From: an uncultured Bacilli bacterium
Lineage (GTDB): Bacteria > Bacillota_I > Bacilli_A > RFN20 > CAG-449
NCBI GenBank assembly: GCA_947591215.1
Contig: CANQCZ010000004.1
Span: forward strand, 1,770 to 65,769
Direction of reading: 5' to 3'
DNA: 64,000 bases
Part shown: in pieces, positions 10,372 to 20,362 of the stretch
Layout of the letters: every line of letters begins with the position of its first letter
Numbering within the stretch: the first letter of the stretch is position 1
Translations under genes and position numbers: made by a program
Notes under the pieces: generated by a model
Seen by the model: the letters and a program-made list of their open reading frames with translations, nothing else
What the model was told of the DNA's origin: nothing
The model's database searches: none

Positions 10372-11664
10372 CTAGACAGCGTTTCTTAAAGTGTCCATTT
10401 GAGCTTGTAAGAAAGCAGCCCAAGTAAGGGTATTACCGTCAGCGTCTTTGATTTGGCTATCGATGTAAGCTTGTCCGATTGCTTTACCGATATCCCAATA
10501 TCTGCTTTCAGCAACTTTTGCTTGAACACAAGCAAATTCATTTTGTTTTAATAAAGCAGCACCGCCAATAGTAACGTGTTCAGTGTATCTTGTATCACTT
10601 GCGGCTTCATTGTTACATGGTAAAGTAGCTCTCTTTTCAAATCTGATTAATTGAGCTTCTTTAGTGGTTAATAATTCTGCTAAAGCAGCCGCGGTCTTTT
10701 GTTCTTCAACTGGTCTAGTTTTATTTAAAGCATAAATCTTAGAGCCAGTGAATGAGGCCATTTGATAAGCAGTACCATTAATCGTATAAGTCGGTAATTT
10801 GTCAGCAGCTAAGTCGTCTCCGAGAATTGGACTTAATTCACTTTCCATCCAAGTTCCAGAAACAGCAGCAATCATATCACCGGATTCAAAACCGGCAACG
10901 ATTTGTTCGTTACTACCACCGACCAAAGTACCACTGTTGGTATATTCGGTTAAAACTCCTGCAATGTATTCAGAGACTTCAACGCCTTTTTCATTGTCCC
11001 AGTTGGTATCATAGACGACTTTGCCTTCATCATTTCTCTTCCATAAAAGAGATTCCGGACCATTAGCTTGAGGGGACATGATAAATGAGTTGGCATACCA
11101 ACCATTAGCAACATCCATTAAGACTTGTTTTCCATTATCTCTAGCAAATTTAAGCAAATCTTCTAAAGAACCGATTTTGCTTTCAAGTCCTTCAATGCCC
11201 TTATTATACCATAAGAAGTATCCGTTATCGGAAGTAACCGGATAGCCGTAAAGTTTACCATCAATAGTAGCACCGGCGACAGCAACTTCACTGTTTTCAG
11301 CGATAATTTTGTCTCTTCTTTCGCCTTTAATTTCAGAGACGATATTTAAAGACTGTAAATTTGGAATATGGTCATCAGCACATAAGAATAAAGCCGGAGC
11401 ACCTTCAACTGTTGGGTCTTTAGCTAAAGTTGTACCTGCATCACTTTCTGCAACAGCAGTAAATTTAACTTTGAATTTTTTTGACTCTTCGGTTTGTTGT
11501 TTATTGAAATCTTCGATAACAGCATCGATAACTTGTTGTTCGGCAGCGGTTGCCCAAATATTGATTTCGACTTTATCAATATTTTCTTGAGTACCACGGC
11601 CACCACATGCTACTAAAGCTAATGTTGATAACAAAGCAGTACCAAATGTTAATAATTTTTTCAT
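10372..11664 (-). CDS. carbohydrate (maltodextrin-type) ABC transporter substrate-binding lipoprotein
   Basis: Lipobox LALVACG. Family-1 solute-binding protein length and composition. Sits inside the malFG/msmK operon. Confidence 0.85.
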   Translation of the reverse strand: MKKLLTFGTALLSTLALVACGGRGTQENIDKVEINIWATAAEQQVIDAVIEDFNKQQTEESKKFKVKFTAVAESDAGTTLAKDPTVEGAPALFLCADDHIPNLQSLNIVSEIKGERRDKIIAENSEVAVAGATIDGKLYGYPVTSDNGYFLWYNKGIEGLESKIGSLEDLLKFARDNGKQVLMDVANGWYANSFIMSPQANGPESLLWKRNDEGKVVYDTNWDNEKGVEVSEYIAGVLTEYTNSGTLVGGSNEQIVAGFESGDMIAAVSGTWMESELSPILGDDLAADKLPTYTINGTAYQMASFTGSKIYALNKTRPVEEQKTAAALAELLTTKEAQLIRFEKRATLPCNNEAASDTRYTEHVTIGGAALLKQNEFACVQAKVAESRYWDIGKAIGQAYIDSQIKDADGNTLTWAAFLQAQMDTLRNAV

Positions 11665-11688
11665 TCTTTCTTTCCTTTCTATAAACTA

Positions 11689-12225
11689 TTAAGCGGCTGC
11701 GGTGAAATTAATGACGAATTTGAATCCTCTTCCTTCGTCATCAGATCTTAAATCATAAGGATTATAAGTAATATGATAAGATCCTGCACAATCACCGGTT
11801 AATTCAATGTTAGAACGATTGCCAGTTCCTTCCTTCCAATCCTCTTTAGTTTTACCTGGGAATAAAGCTTTAAACGCATCGTTGCAAGCATCGAAATCAA
11901 CATCTTCCATACCATATTGGACATCCCAACTTGGTCCGGCAATGAATTTAAACATCGGGCTTTCAGTAGCCATCGCATCAGTCACTTCAAGATCGTAATA
12001 ATAGATACTGGTTTCTCCTTGTCTAAGGAATTTACAAGACGGATCAGCTGCTTCTTCAATAGTATCTGGGGTCCAGCTGTTCCAATGAGAACCAATAACA
12101 TACATCGTTTCTTCAGGAGCGACATACTGACTATTGTTTTGTTCAAACTCATCTCCGCTTCCGCTGCAGCCGACTAACCCAACTAATGCGACCGCGCAAA
12201 GAAGCATCTTTGTTTTGCTAAACAT
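11689..12225 (-). CDS. small lipoprotein, possible alpha-glucan-binding (CBM-like) module
   Basis: Lipobox LVGCSG. The aromatic pattern IGSHWNSWTP...FKFIAGPSWDVQYG resembles starch/glycogen-binding modules. Located between msmK and the binding protein. The function is inferred. Confidence 0.55.
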   Translation of the reverse strand: MFSKTKMLLCAVALVGLVGCSGSGDEFEQNNSQYVAPEETMYVIGSHWNSWTPDTIEEAADPSCKFLRQGETSIYYYDLEVTDAMATESPMFKFIAGPSWDVQYGMEDVDFDACNDAFKALFPGKTKEDWKEGTGNRSNIELTGDCAGSYHITYNPYDLRSDDEGRGFKFVINFTAAA

Positions 12226-12318
12226 TGTTTTTCTCCTTCCTTTTTTGAGCGGTTTTATACAAATCCGCTCATTAATAAATGTTTATATATTAATTAGGCA
12301 TAGCCTATTAATACCGAA

Positions 12319-13416
12319 TTAAATTGCCATTTCTGTATCAATATCGAAGAAATGGACTTTTTCGACTTTGAAATCGATTCTTAATTTATCGTGAATTGAA
12401 ATGATTTTGGTCGCTGGGAATTTAGCGACTAAATCAACTCCGCCAAATTCACTGTGAACATAATATTCATTTCCTAATAATTCAGCGACATTAACCTCTA
12501 TTTCGTAACCATCTTTTTCAACAGGAACGATATCTTCAGGTCTAATACCGAGAATAACCTTTTCGGGAATATCTTTACCTTCATAAACTTCTTTAGGAAT
12601 GACAAGTTCTCTTCCATCCGAGCATTTTGCAACACCGGTTTTTGAATCAAACTCAACCTTCAAGAAGTTCATCGCCGGAGAACCGATAAATCCCGCCACA
12701 AATAAGTTTGCCGGATGATTATAAATTTCAATCGGGGTACCGATTTGTTGAATGCGGCCTAATTTCATAACGACAATTCGTGTTGCCATTGTCATGGCTT
12801 CGGTTTGGTCGTGAGTAACATAAATGGTAGTCGCACCTAACGCTTCATGCAATTTAATGATCTCACTTCTCATTTGGACTCTCAACTTAGCATCCAAATT
12901 TGATAAAGGTTCATCCATTAAGAACACTTTCGCATTTCTAACGATAGCTCTTCCTAACGCCACACGTTGTCTTTGACCACCGGACAAGGCCTTCGGTTTA
13001 CGATCAAGGTATTCTTTAATTTGCAAAATTCTTGCCGCCTCGTGAACGCGTTTATCAATTTCATATTTCGGCATTCTACGAATTTTTAACCCAAAAGCCA
13101 TATTATCATAAACTGACATATGTGGATAAAGGGCGTAGCTTTGGAAAACCATCGCAATATCTCTATCTTTCGGAGTTTTATCGTTGCATAGTTCGTTATC
13201 AATGTAAAGTTCACCTTTTGTGATATCTTCCAAACCAGCAATCATTCTTAAGGTAGTGGATTTACCACAACCAGATGGGCCGACAAATACAATGAATTCA
13301 TGCTTTTTTATGTCGAGGTTGAAATCAAAAACAGCCTGAACATTATTATCGTAAATTTTGTCGATGTGCCTTAACGAAACATATGCTTCATCATTAGCGG
13401 TTAAATTTTTGTCCAT
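12319..13416 (-). CDS. msmK: sugar ABC transporter ATP-binding protein (MsmK/MalK/UgpC type)
   Basis: Walker A GPSGCGKST, signature LSGGQRQRVALGRA, Walker B FLMDEPLSNLD, and a C-terminal TOBE-like regulatory domain. Start moved to MDKNL (13416) because GGAGGAC lies upstream. The track ORF has 45 extra residues. Confidence 0.9.
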   Translation of the reverse strand: MDKNLTANDEAYVSLRHIDKIYDNNVQAVFDFNLDIKKHEFIVFVGPSGCGKSTTLRMIAGLEDITKGELYIDNELCNDKTPKDRDIAMVFQSYALYPHMSVYDNMAFGLKIRRMPKYEIDKRVHEAARILQIKEYLDRKPKALSGGQRQRVALGRAIVRNAKVFLMDEPLSNLDAKLRVQMRSEIIKLHEALGATTIYVTHDQTEAMTMATRIVVMKLGRIQQIGTPIEIYNHPANLFVAGFIGSPAMNFLKVEFDSKTGVAKCSDGRELVIPKEVYEGKDIPEKVILGIRPEDIVPVEKDGYEIEVNVAELLGNEYYVHSEFGGVDLVAKFPATKIISIHDKLRIDFKVEKVHFFDIDTEMAI

Positions 13417-13634
13417 GTCTCTTGTCCTCCATAGTGCATTTTTTACACCACATTTGATCAACACAAAATCAAACGTCTTAATGAACGAAAGAATTATAGC
13501 ATATAATTTTAAATTTTGAAAGCCCTTTCTTAAAAAAACTATGGCTTTCATTAAGCTTTTTAATAATTTTTTGCCTAATTTTAAGTAAAATTCAGATTTT
13601 GGTGCTCCAAAATCTTAAAATTATTTTATTTTTT

Positions 13635-13682
13635 TCCAAATAAAAAGACTGTCGATTGATGTCGTAACCAATAAACAGTCTT
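13635..13682 (-). terminator. terminator after tpiA
   Basis: Minus strand: AAGACTGT-(22 nt)-ACAGTCTT followed by TTTTATTTGG, immediately downstream of the tpiA stop. Confidence 0.55.
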
Positions 13683-13689
13683 AAAACAA

Positions 13690-14442
13690 TTAAATCAAAG
13701 CTTTAACCATCGCTTCAAATGATTCGATTTTTAGCGAGGCACCGCCTACTAAAGCTCCGTCAACATCTGCTTGTGAAAGATATCCCGCGATGTTTTCAGG
13801 CTTAACCGAACCGCCGTAAAGCACTAAGAGCTCTTCACTCACTGCGCCATACATACTTTTAACTATGTTTCTAACAAAGGCACAGACATCTTCCGCTATT
13901 CCTTCAGAAGCATTCTTGCCGGTTCCAATTGACCACACCGGTTCATAAGCGACAACGACATTTCTAAGTTGTTCACTTTTTAAATCTTTTAAACCGACTC
14001 TCAATTGTCTTTCCACAACTTCTTTAGTTAAACCTTCTTCAAATTCTTTTAAAGTTTCACCGACGCAATAAACCACAATCATGTCATTTGCAAGCAATTT
14101 TTGAATTTTTTTATTACATTTTTCATCGGTTTCGTTATCATATTGACGTCTTTCGGAATGTCCGATAATAACCCAATCGATACCCAACTCTTTTAACATC
14201 GGGATTGAAACTTCACCGGTAAACGCACCATGATCTTCATAATGGCAGTTTTGAGCCGCGACAATTAATCCAGAACTATTGCTTTTAACTGCATCTAAGC
14301 TTAAATATGTAGGAGCTACTCCAACCAAAATACCGGCAGATGAAGCCATTTTAACAATCGGTGCTGTAAGTTTTGCAAAGCTTTTCGCTTCCAAAACTGT
14401 TTTATTCATTTTCCAGTTACCGAGTAACAATTTTTTTCTCAT
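13690..14442 (-). CDS. tpiA: triosephosphate isomerase
   Basis: Motifs GNWKMN, IIGHSERR and YEPVWSIGTG. Confidence 0.95.
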   Translation of the reverse strand: MRKKLLLGNWKMNKTVLEAKSFAKLTAPIVKMASSAGILVGVAPTYLSLDAVKSNSSGLIVAAQNCHYEDHGAFTGEVSIPMLKELGIDWVIIGHSERRQYDNETDEKCNKKIQKLLANDMIVVYCVGETLKEFEEGLTKEVVERQLRVGLKDLKSEQLRNVVVAYEPVWSIGTGKNASEGIAEDVCAFVRNIVKSMYGAVSEELLVLYGGSVKPENIAGYLSQADVDGALVGGASLKIESFEAMVKALI

Positions 14443-14446
14443 AATT

Positions 14447-15652
14447 TTAGCCTATTACATCAATGCCGGGTAAATGGCCGTCATTTTCAATCATTTCCAA
14501 GGAAGCGCCGCCACCGGTTGAAACGTGGGAGAAACGATCCTTATAACCGAACTTTTTAACTGCTGAAGCCGAATCACCACCGCCGATAACCGTAAAAGCA
14601 TCTTTTAATTCGGCACAGGCTTTACAAACAGCGATCGTGCCGTCGACGAATTGTTCTTTTTCAAACACACCCATTGGTCCATTCCAGAAAACAGTATGAG
14701 CTTTGGCGATTTCCGAGCAATATAATTCGATGGTTTTGTCTCCGATATCCATACCTTCATAACCTTCTGGAATCTCGTCAACTGAAACTACTTTAACATC
14801 GGTCGGATTATCGAAGTCATTAGCGATTTTAACATCTACCGGAAGTAAAATTTTGCCGGTGTCATACATTTCGCGAGCATAATCTAATTGGTCCAATTCG
14901 CAAGGAGAAGCTCCGATGTTTTTTCCTAAAGCTTTTAAGAATGTGTAAGCCATCGCACCACCGATGATGACCTTATCGCATTTTTTAACCAAAGAATTGA
15001 TAACTTTAATTTTATCTGAGACTTTAAATCCACCTAAAATTGCTACATATGGTCTTCCTTCACTCGGTACCTCGACCACTCTTTTCAAAGAAACAACCTC
15101 TTTTTCAACTAAATAACCGATAGCTGTTTGTTTTCCTTCTTTATTTAATATTTCAGGAACGCCATAAGTTGAAGCGTGAGCTCTATGAGCAGAACCGAAA
15201 GCATCCATTACAAAAGCATCGCATAAGCTCGCCCATTCTTTTGAAAGGTCTGGATCATTTTTAGATTCGCCTTTTTCATAACGAGTATTTTGAACTAATA
15301 AAACTTCGCCTTCTTTTAAACCTTTTACTGCCTTAGCTAATTCTTCACCACGGACAGCTGGGCAGAAGAAAACTTCTTGATTTAGCAATTCGCCAAGACG
15401 AACCGCGACCGGAGCTAAATTATTTTTCTTTTTAGCTTTTTCGATTTCTTCCGGTGTTTTCTTATAATCAATCTTACCTAAGTGAGACATCAAAACAACT
15501 TTGGCGCCTTTTTTAATTAATTCCTTAATTGTCGGTAACGCGGCAACAATACGATTATCATCGCTGATTTTGCCATCGATAAACGGAACATTAAAATCGC
15601 AGCGAACTAAAACTGTCAAACCTTTGACGTCAAGATCTTTTACATTTTTCAT
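14447..15652 (-). CDS. pgk: phosphoglycerate kinase
   Basis: Motifs RCDFNVP, MSHLGK and VIGGGDSASAV. Start at MKNVKDL (15652), preceded by AAGGAG. Confidence 0.95.
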   Translation of the reverse strand: MKNVKDLDVKGLTVLVRCDFNVPFIDGKISDDNRIVAALPTIKELIKKGAKVVLMSHLGKIDYKKTPEEIEKAKKKNNLAPVAVRLGELLNQEVFFCPAVRGEELAKAVKGLKEGEVLLVQNTRYEKGESKNDPDLSKEWASLCDAFVMDAFGSAHRAHASTYGVPEILNKEGKQTAIGYLVEKEVVSLKRVVEVPSEGRPYVAILGGFKVSDKIKVINSLVKKCDKVIIGGAMAYTFLKALGKNIGASPCELDQLDYAREMYDTGKILLPVDVKIANDFDNPTDVKVVSVDEIPEGYEGMDIGDKTIELYCSEIAKAHTVFWNGPMGVFEKEQFVDGTIAVCKACAELKDAFTVIGGGDSASAVKKFGYKDRFSHVSTGGGASLEMIENDGHLPGIDVIG

Positions 15653-15763
15653 TCTTTTTCTCCTTTTCATAAAAATAAAGCGCCCAAGAAGCGGGCGCTA
15701 ATCTTAGTGATTTTTTCACTGGGTACAAAGCTACCCTAATTTAACACTTTCAGAAATTAGAAA

Positions 15764-16798
15764 TTAGCAATTTTCTGAGAAATATTTAATTGTACGAACC
15801 ATTTGAGTGGTGTAGGAATTTTCATTATCATACCAAGCGACAACTTGGACTTGATATAAACCATCACCTAAAGAAATGACCATGGTTTGAGTAGCATCGA
15901 ACAAGGAACCTTCTCTGATTCCAATGATATCAGAAGAAACTAATGGTTCTTCAGTATAGCCATAAGATTCATTGGCAACTGATTTCATATAAGCGTTAAT
16001 GGTATCTTTAGTAACTTCTTTATCGCTTTTAATAACTGCGACTAGGATAGTCGATGAACCGGTTGGAACTGGGACACGTTGAGCGGAACCGATAAGTTTG
16101 CCATTTAATTCCGGAATTACTAATCCGATGGCTTTAGCGGCACCGGTTGAGTTTGGAACGATGCTACAAGCCGCGGCTCTAGCTCTTCTTAAATCGCCTT
16201 TTCTATGTGGACCATCTAAGACCATTTGGTCTCCGGTGTAAGCGTGAACTGTCGTCATAATACCACTTTGAATAGGAGCGAAATCATTTAAAGCTTTAGC
16301 CATTGGTGCTAAGCAATTCGTGGTACAAGAAGCCGCTGAAATGATTTGATCTTCTTTTGTTAAAGTTTTGTGGTTAACATTGTAGACAATAGTCTTTAAA
16401 TCTTTACCAGCCGGAGCGGAAATGATAACCTTTTTTGCACCAGCATTGATGTGTGCCATCGATTTTTCTTTGGAACAATAGAAACCGGTGCACTCTAACA
16501 CCACATCGACATCAAGAGCTTTCCATGGGCAGTTATTCGCATCTTTTTCGGCATAGATTCTGATCTTTTTACCGTCGACTGCGATCCAGCCTTCTTCTGC
16601 ACCATCTTCGGAACAAGTGACCTTATCGGCGAGCTCATATCTTCCTTGAGCCGAATCGTACTTCAACAAATGAGCGAGCATTTTTGGGCTCGTTAAATCG
16701 TTGATAGCGACGACTTCATAACCTTCGGCACCAAACATTTGGCGGAAAGCGAGACGTCCGATACGTCCAAATCCATTAATTGCAATTTTTACTGACAT
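15764..16798 (-). CDS. gap: glyceraldehyde-3-phosphate dehydrogenase
   Basis: [12 protein letters not shown]-binding motif and active site SCTTNCLAP. Confidence 0.95.
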   Translation of the reverse strand: MSVKIAINGFGRIGRLAFRQMFGAEGYEVVAINDLTSPKMLAHLLKYDSAQGRYELADKVTCSEDGAEEGWIAVDGKKIRIYAEKDANNCPWKALDVDVVLECTGFYCSKEKSMAHINAGAKKVIISAPAGKDLKTIVYNVNHKTLTKEDQIISAASCTTNCLAPMAKALNDFAPIQSGIMTTVHAYTGDQMVLDGPHRKGDLRRARAAACSIVPNSTGAAKAIGLVIPELNGKLIGSAQRVPVPTGSSTILVAVIKSDKEVTKDTINAYMKSVANESYGYTEEPLVSSDIIGIREGSLFDATQTMVISLGDGLYQVQVVAWYDNENSYTTQMVRTIKYFSENC

Positions 16799-16992
16799 TT
16801 ATTATGTCCTCCTTCTTTTGCACTGCAAGTGTATTATACCTCATCTAATAAAAATTTTAAAAGTATTTTGATAATGTTTTATTGCGATTTTTTATAATGA
16901 ATAAAAAAATTTCGCAGCTGCGATTAATTTTTAATGTATATTTTTCGAATTTTACTCTTACACTAAATTAGACAACTTGAGGAAAAAATCTT

Positions 16993-17586
16993 ATGCCAAT
17001 TATTCCCGCAATCAGTATTCAAAGTTATGACGGAGTAAAAAATTACGACTTGTTTTCTTTACTATTGAGCGAAAGAATCATTGTTTTGTCAGGCGAAATC
17101 AATGATGAAGTCGCTTCTTTGGTGATTTCTGAAATTCTTTATTTGAGCGCCGCTTCACCGAGTGAAAAAATAACGATTTACATAAATTCACCGGGTGGAT
17201 CGGTAAGCGCCGGTTTGGCGATTTACGATGCGATGAAAATTTCACCATGTACCATCGAAACAATCGGGGTTGGACTTTGTGCATCTATGGGAGCTTTTTT
17301 GCTTTCAAGCGGCACCAAAGGTTATCGTCGCGCCTATCCTAATTGTGAGATTATGATTCATCAACCATTAGGGGGCACCAACGGGCAAGTCAGCGACTTA
17401 GAAATCATGACTAAACGTTTTATTTTCTTAAAAAAGAAACTCAATCGCATCTTAAGCGAAAATACATCACAACCAATCGAAAAAATCGAAGCCGATTGTG
17501 ATAGGGATTATTTTTTAGAGCCTCAAGAAGCAAAGGATTATAACTTGATTGATGATATTTTAAGTCGATCTTCCAACAAAGAATAA
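16993..17586 (+). CDS. clpP: ATP-dependent Clp protease proteolytic subunit
   Basis: YINSPGGSV, catalytic Ser in GLCASMGAF, His in MIHQPLGG, Asp in DRDYF. Confidence 0.9.
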   Translation: MPIIPAISIQSYDGVKNYDLFSLLLSERIIVLSGEINDEVASLVISEILYLSAASPSEKITIYINSPGGSVSAGLAIYDAMKISPCTIETIGVGLCASMGAFLLSSGTKGYRRAYPNCEIMIHQPLGGTNGQVSDLEIMTKRFIFLKKKLNRILSENTSQPIEKIEADCDRDYFLEPQEAKDYNLIDDILSRSSNKE

Positions 17587-17807
17587 TCGCGAATTCCCTC
17601 AAACAAATCGCTTAAACTAATCTGTAGAGCGATTGCAATTTTACGCAGAATTTTTAAAGACGGATTTCGTCTTCCGTTTTCTAAATCGGAAAGATAGTTT
17701 TTGTTAATTTCAGCTTCAAGCGCTAAATCTAACGAAGACATATTTTTTTGTTTTCTAAGGTAAACGATGCGTTGTCCCAATTGCTTATATATATTCGGTG
17801 TTTCCAT
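17538..17807 (-). CDS. XRE-family helix-turn-helix transcriptional regulator
   Basis: The sequence LGQRIVYLRKQKNMSSLDLALEAEINKNYLSDLENGRRNPSLKILRKIAIAL is a typical Cro/C1 HTH. Its ATG overlaps the whiA stop (TAATG). Confidence 0.75.
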   Translation of the reverse strand: METPNIYKQLGQRIVYLRKQKNMSSLDLALEAEINKNYLSDLENGRRNPSLKILRKIAIALQISLSDLFEGIRDYSLLEDRLKISSIKL

Positions 17808-18769
17808 TATTCTTGTCCTTTAAGTTTAATCGCTAATTTTTCGATATTTTTAAATATATGATTTACGCCCGACTTCGATAATTTTATATTGTATTGTTCC
17901 AATAAAACGTCGGAGATATCTTGCAATGTATATTCTTCATTTTTTTCTCGGATTTCGATAACTGCTTTAGTTTTACTATCAAGTACATTAAATCCGGATT
18001 TAGATTTGATAAATTCGATGGTCTTAAGTTGTGCCTTTGACGATTTAATTGTTTTAAAAAGATTAGCATTTTCACAAATTTGGCACCGATTGTTACTATT
18101 GATAAAATCCCTTTCGATACGATAATTTTCAAATTTCAAGCGCGATTGCGTTGCCCCTAAGACCATTAAAAACACACAGATTTGTTCTGATTTTTTGAGA
18201 TATAAAACAAATTTAGTTTTGCGAGTAATTTTCTTAAATGACATTTTTCTCTGTTCTTTGAATCGACTGTTCAATAATTTTAAAATGTAATCACAAAAAA
18301 CTTCATCGCTGAAAGCTAACTGCAAATGATAATTTGAAGAACTCGGATCATTCACCGTTCCTAAAGCAAGGAAAAGACCTCTTAAAAAATACTCGAAAAG
18401 TTTTCCTTTAACGAGTTCGTTAGGTAAAATCGGAACTATGCCATCAGAAACTTCAAGGTCGGTTAAAATTTCTTCGACTTTCTGATCAATCTTAATAGTG
18501 TATATTTTTTTTCGATTCAAATTATTTTTTTGGGAACTGAAAAGTTGTATTCGAATCCCGTACATCGATTCTAAACCATTAATTATTTGTTTGGCAGAAT
18601 TCTTGTTTTCTGTTCTTAGCACGATAGATTCCGCTTTAAAAGAAGACGATGCTAAAATATTGCCATTCGATTTTATAAATCCCGAAAGTAATGCTCTTAA
18701 TTCATTTTCACTATAAGTTTTACTTAAGATTTCTTCCTTGATTTCTTGAGTATATGAAGTGTTTTTCAT
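17807..18769 (-). CDS. whiA: DNA-binding protein WhiA
   Basis: About 320 aa. The N-terminus YTQEIKEEILSK...ELRALLSGFIKSNG, LAGLIDADG-like middle domains and a C-terminal HTH match the Firmicute WhiA/YvcL layout. ATG at 18769 is preferred over the TTG at 18781. Confidence 0.85.
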   Translation of the reverse strand: MKNTSYTQEIKEEILSKTYSENELRALLSGFIKSNGNILASSSFKAESIVLRTENKNSAKQIINGLESMYGIRIQLFSSQKNNLNRKKIYTIKIDQKVEEILTDLEVSDGIVPILPNELVKGKLFEYFLRGLFLALGTVNDPSSSNYHLQLAFSDEVFCDYILKLLNSRFKEQRKMSFKKITRKTKFVLYLKKSEQICVFLMVLGATQSRLKFENYRIERDFINSNNRCQICENANLFKTIKSSKAQLKTIEFIKSKSGFNVLDSKTKAVIEIREKNEEYTLQDISDVLLEQYNIKLSKSGVNHIFKNIEKLAIKLKGQE

Positions 18770-18810
18770 TAAATCACCCAAATTGATTATATACTACTAT
18801 GAGTGTATTT

Positions 18811-19734
18811 TCATTGATTTTTTTGCAAGAAACGATTTATCGAAGATGCCGCTAAAGCCCCATGTCCGCAAGCAACCACAATTTGATGCAATTTATTAGA
18901 TACTACATCACCGGCAGCAAAAAGTCCTGCTATTTTAGATTCAAGTGTATCATTGACACAAATATAACCTTCACTATCCAAAATATCTTTTTCTTGAATG
19001 AATTCCGTATTAGCCTCTGAACCGATATAGGTAAATATCGCTTGGCAATTTAATTCACGAACTTTTTTGGTGTGAACATTTTCGATAAGTAATTTTTCAA
19101 CGTGATTTTCGCCTTGAATTTCTTTAATTATAAAATATTCCAAAATTTCAATTTTTTCATTGTTTCTTACTTTGTCAATTAAAAATTTATCGGCGCGGAA
19201 ATTATCCGAACGATGTATTAATAAAACTTTTGAAGCAATCATTGATAAATACAAAGCTTCTTCAAACGCGGAATTGCCACCCCCGACGACTGCGACTATT
19301 TGATTTTGATAAAAGTTTCCATCGCATACCGCACAAGAAGACACTCCTTTACCGAAAAATTCTTTTTCTCCTTTAACACCGAGTTTTTTCTCCCTCGTTC
19401 CACTAGCAATTAAAACTGTTTTGCTTAGATACTCTCCTTTTGTACTTTGAACTACAAAAAGATTGTTGTCCTTTACTACCGAAACGATTTTTTCGGCTTT
19501 TAAGGTAATCTTATTGAATGATAATTGTTGATAAAATTTAAAAGCTAAATCGCCCCCGCTAATATGGTCAAAGCCCGGGTAATTTTCTACTTGATAAGTA
19601 AAATTAACTTTTCCACCGGGAACATTATCTTCGAAAATTAAAAAATTCAAACCGGCTCTTTTTAAATATATACCGGCAGTAATACCACTTGGTCCAGCAC
19701 CGATTACCAATGCATCATAAATCTTTTCCATCAA
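18811..19734 (-). CDS. trxB: thioredoxin-disulfide reductase
   Basis: GAGPSG FAD motif, redox centre CAVCDG, and a second dinucleotide fold VVGGGNSAFEEA. Confidence 0.9.
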   Translation of the reverse strand: MMEKIYDALVIGAGPSGITAGIYLKRAGLNFLIFEDNVPGGKVNFTYQVENYPGFDHISGGDLAFKFYQQLSFNKITLKAEKIVSVVKDNNLFVVQSTKGEYLSKTVLIASGTREKKLGVKGEKEFFGKGVSSCAVCDGNFYQNQIVAVVGGGNSAFEEALYLSMIASKVLLIHRSDNFRADKFLIDKVRNNEKIEILEYFIIKEIQGENHVEKLLIENVHTKKVRELNCQAIFTYIGSEANTEFIQEKDILDSEGYICVNDTLESKIAGLFAAGDVVSNKLHQIVVACGHGALAASSINRFLQKNQ

Positions 19735-20362
19735 GGATAACCTCCTTCAATTCTTTATAAGAGGAAATATATAATTGTGCTTCAGTTTCGATTTTTTTAA
19801 TTGACCAAATAACCAAGCCAAAATCGACACCCGCGTTAACCGCGCTTTCTTTATCGCTCAAATTATCTCCTATATATAAAGTATCTTCTTTATGACCATT
19901 TAATACATCGATCGCCTTTAAAATTCCTTGAGGATTCGGTTTTGGATAGTCTACATCATCAAGAGTAATCACAACATCAAAATATTTATCGAGATTAAAG
20001 CAAGATAAAGTTACCTTGGTGCTTTCTTTCATTTTTGAAGTGATGATTGCCAATTTAATTCCATTGCTTTTAAAAGCTTCTAACGTTTGATAAACTCCAT
20101 CATAAAGGATCGCGTAATGTGCGATGTTTTTTTTAGAAAAAGATACAAAGTATTCTATTGCCTTTTGAACTTTATCTTGAGGTAAGTATTTTGAAAAAGT
20201 GTCTTTCAATGTTGGTCCTAAAAAAGAAACCAATTCTCTAAGAGACAATTTATAATGTGGCAAAAATGCTTGAAAAGTATGGACAAAGGCATCGATTACC
20301 AATAAATCAGTATCGATTAAAGTACCATCTAAATCAAACAAAAGATTTTTATATTTCTTCAT
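19715..20362 (-). CDS. ppaX: HAD-family hydrolase (PpaX-like pyrophosphatase/phosphoglycolate phosphatase)
   Basis: Motif I LFDLDGTLIDT, motif II ITSK, motif IV YIGDNLSDKESA. The hprK-lgt-ppaX order matches Bacillus. Start at MKKYKNLLFD. Confidence 0.75.
   Translation of the reverse strand: MKKYKNLLFDLDGTLIDTDLLVIDAFVHTFQAFLPHYKLSLRELVSFLGPTLKDTFSKYLPQDKVQKAIEYFVSFSKKNIAHYAILYDGVYQTLEAFKSNGIKLAIITSKMKESTKVTLSCFNLDKYFDVVITLDDVDYPKPNPQGILKAIDVLNGHKEDTLYIGDNLSDKESAVNAGVDFGLVIWSIKKIETEAQLYISSYKELKEVILDGKDL

Noticed and set aside
12247-12270. The hairpin GAGCGG-N12-CCGCTC between msmK and the small lipoprotein gene.
   Set aside because: On the coding (minus) strand, A residues follow the stem, not U residues, so it does not fit an intrinsic terminator. 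On the plus strand the T-run precedes it. It may be an mRNA processing or stability element, but that cannot be supported from sequence alone.
675-12322. Short ORFs inside or antisense to the sugar-utilisation genes (675-863, 3491-3739, 5831-6055, 6469-6702, 7474-7701, 8838-9032, 10799-11066, 11309-11606, 11807-12177, 12134-12322).
   Set aside because: Each is nested in a longer gene with strong homology signals, lacks an RBS and has no recognisable family. These are typical six-frame noise.
13417-13551. A 45-codon N-terminal extension of the msmK ORF in the track. Similar extensions occur for pgk, ppaX, infA, rplC, rpsJ, whiA, the MalF-like gene and the small membrane protein.
   Set aside because: The conserved protein begins at an internal Met that is preceded by a good SD. 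The extensions are not homologous to anything and run through promoter or terminator sequence.
13594-13615. A perfect 9-bp hairpin, AGATTTTGG-tgct-CCAAAATCT, between the tpiA terminator and the msmK promoter region.
   Set aside because: Its orientation and function are ambiguous. It could be a second terminator stem, a protein-binding palindrome or chance in AT-rich DNA. No T-tract follows it on the minus strand.
16799-16992. A CtsR operator upstream of clpP or a CggR-type operator upstream of gap. A 12-bp palindrome, TCGCAGCTGCGA (about 16913-16924), was noted.
   Set aside because: No tandem (A/G)GTCAAA heptads are present. The palindrome matches no operator I know and could be coincidental. 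I did not report it as a feature.
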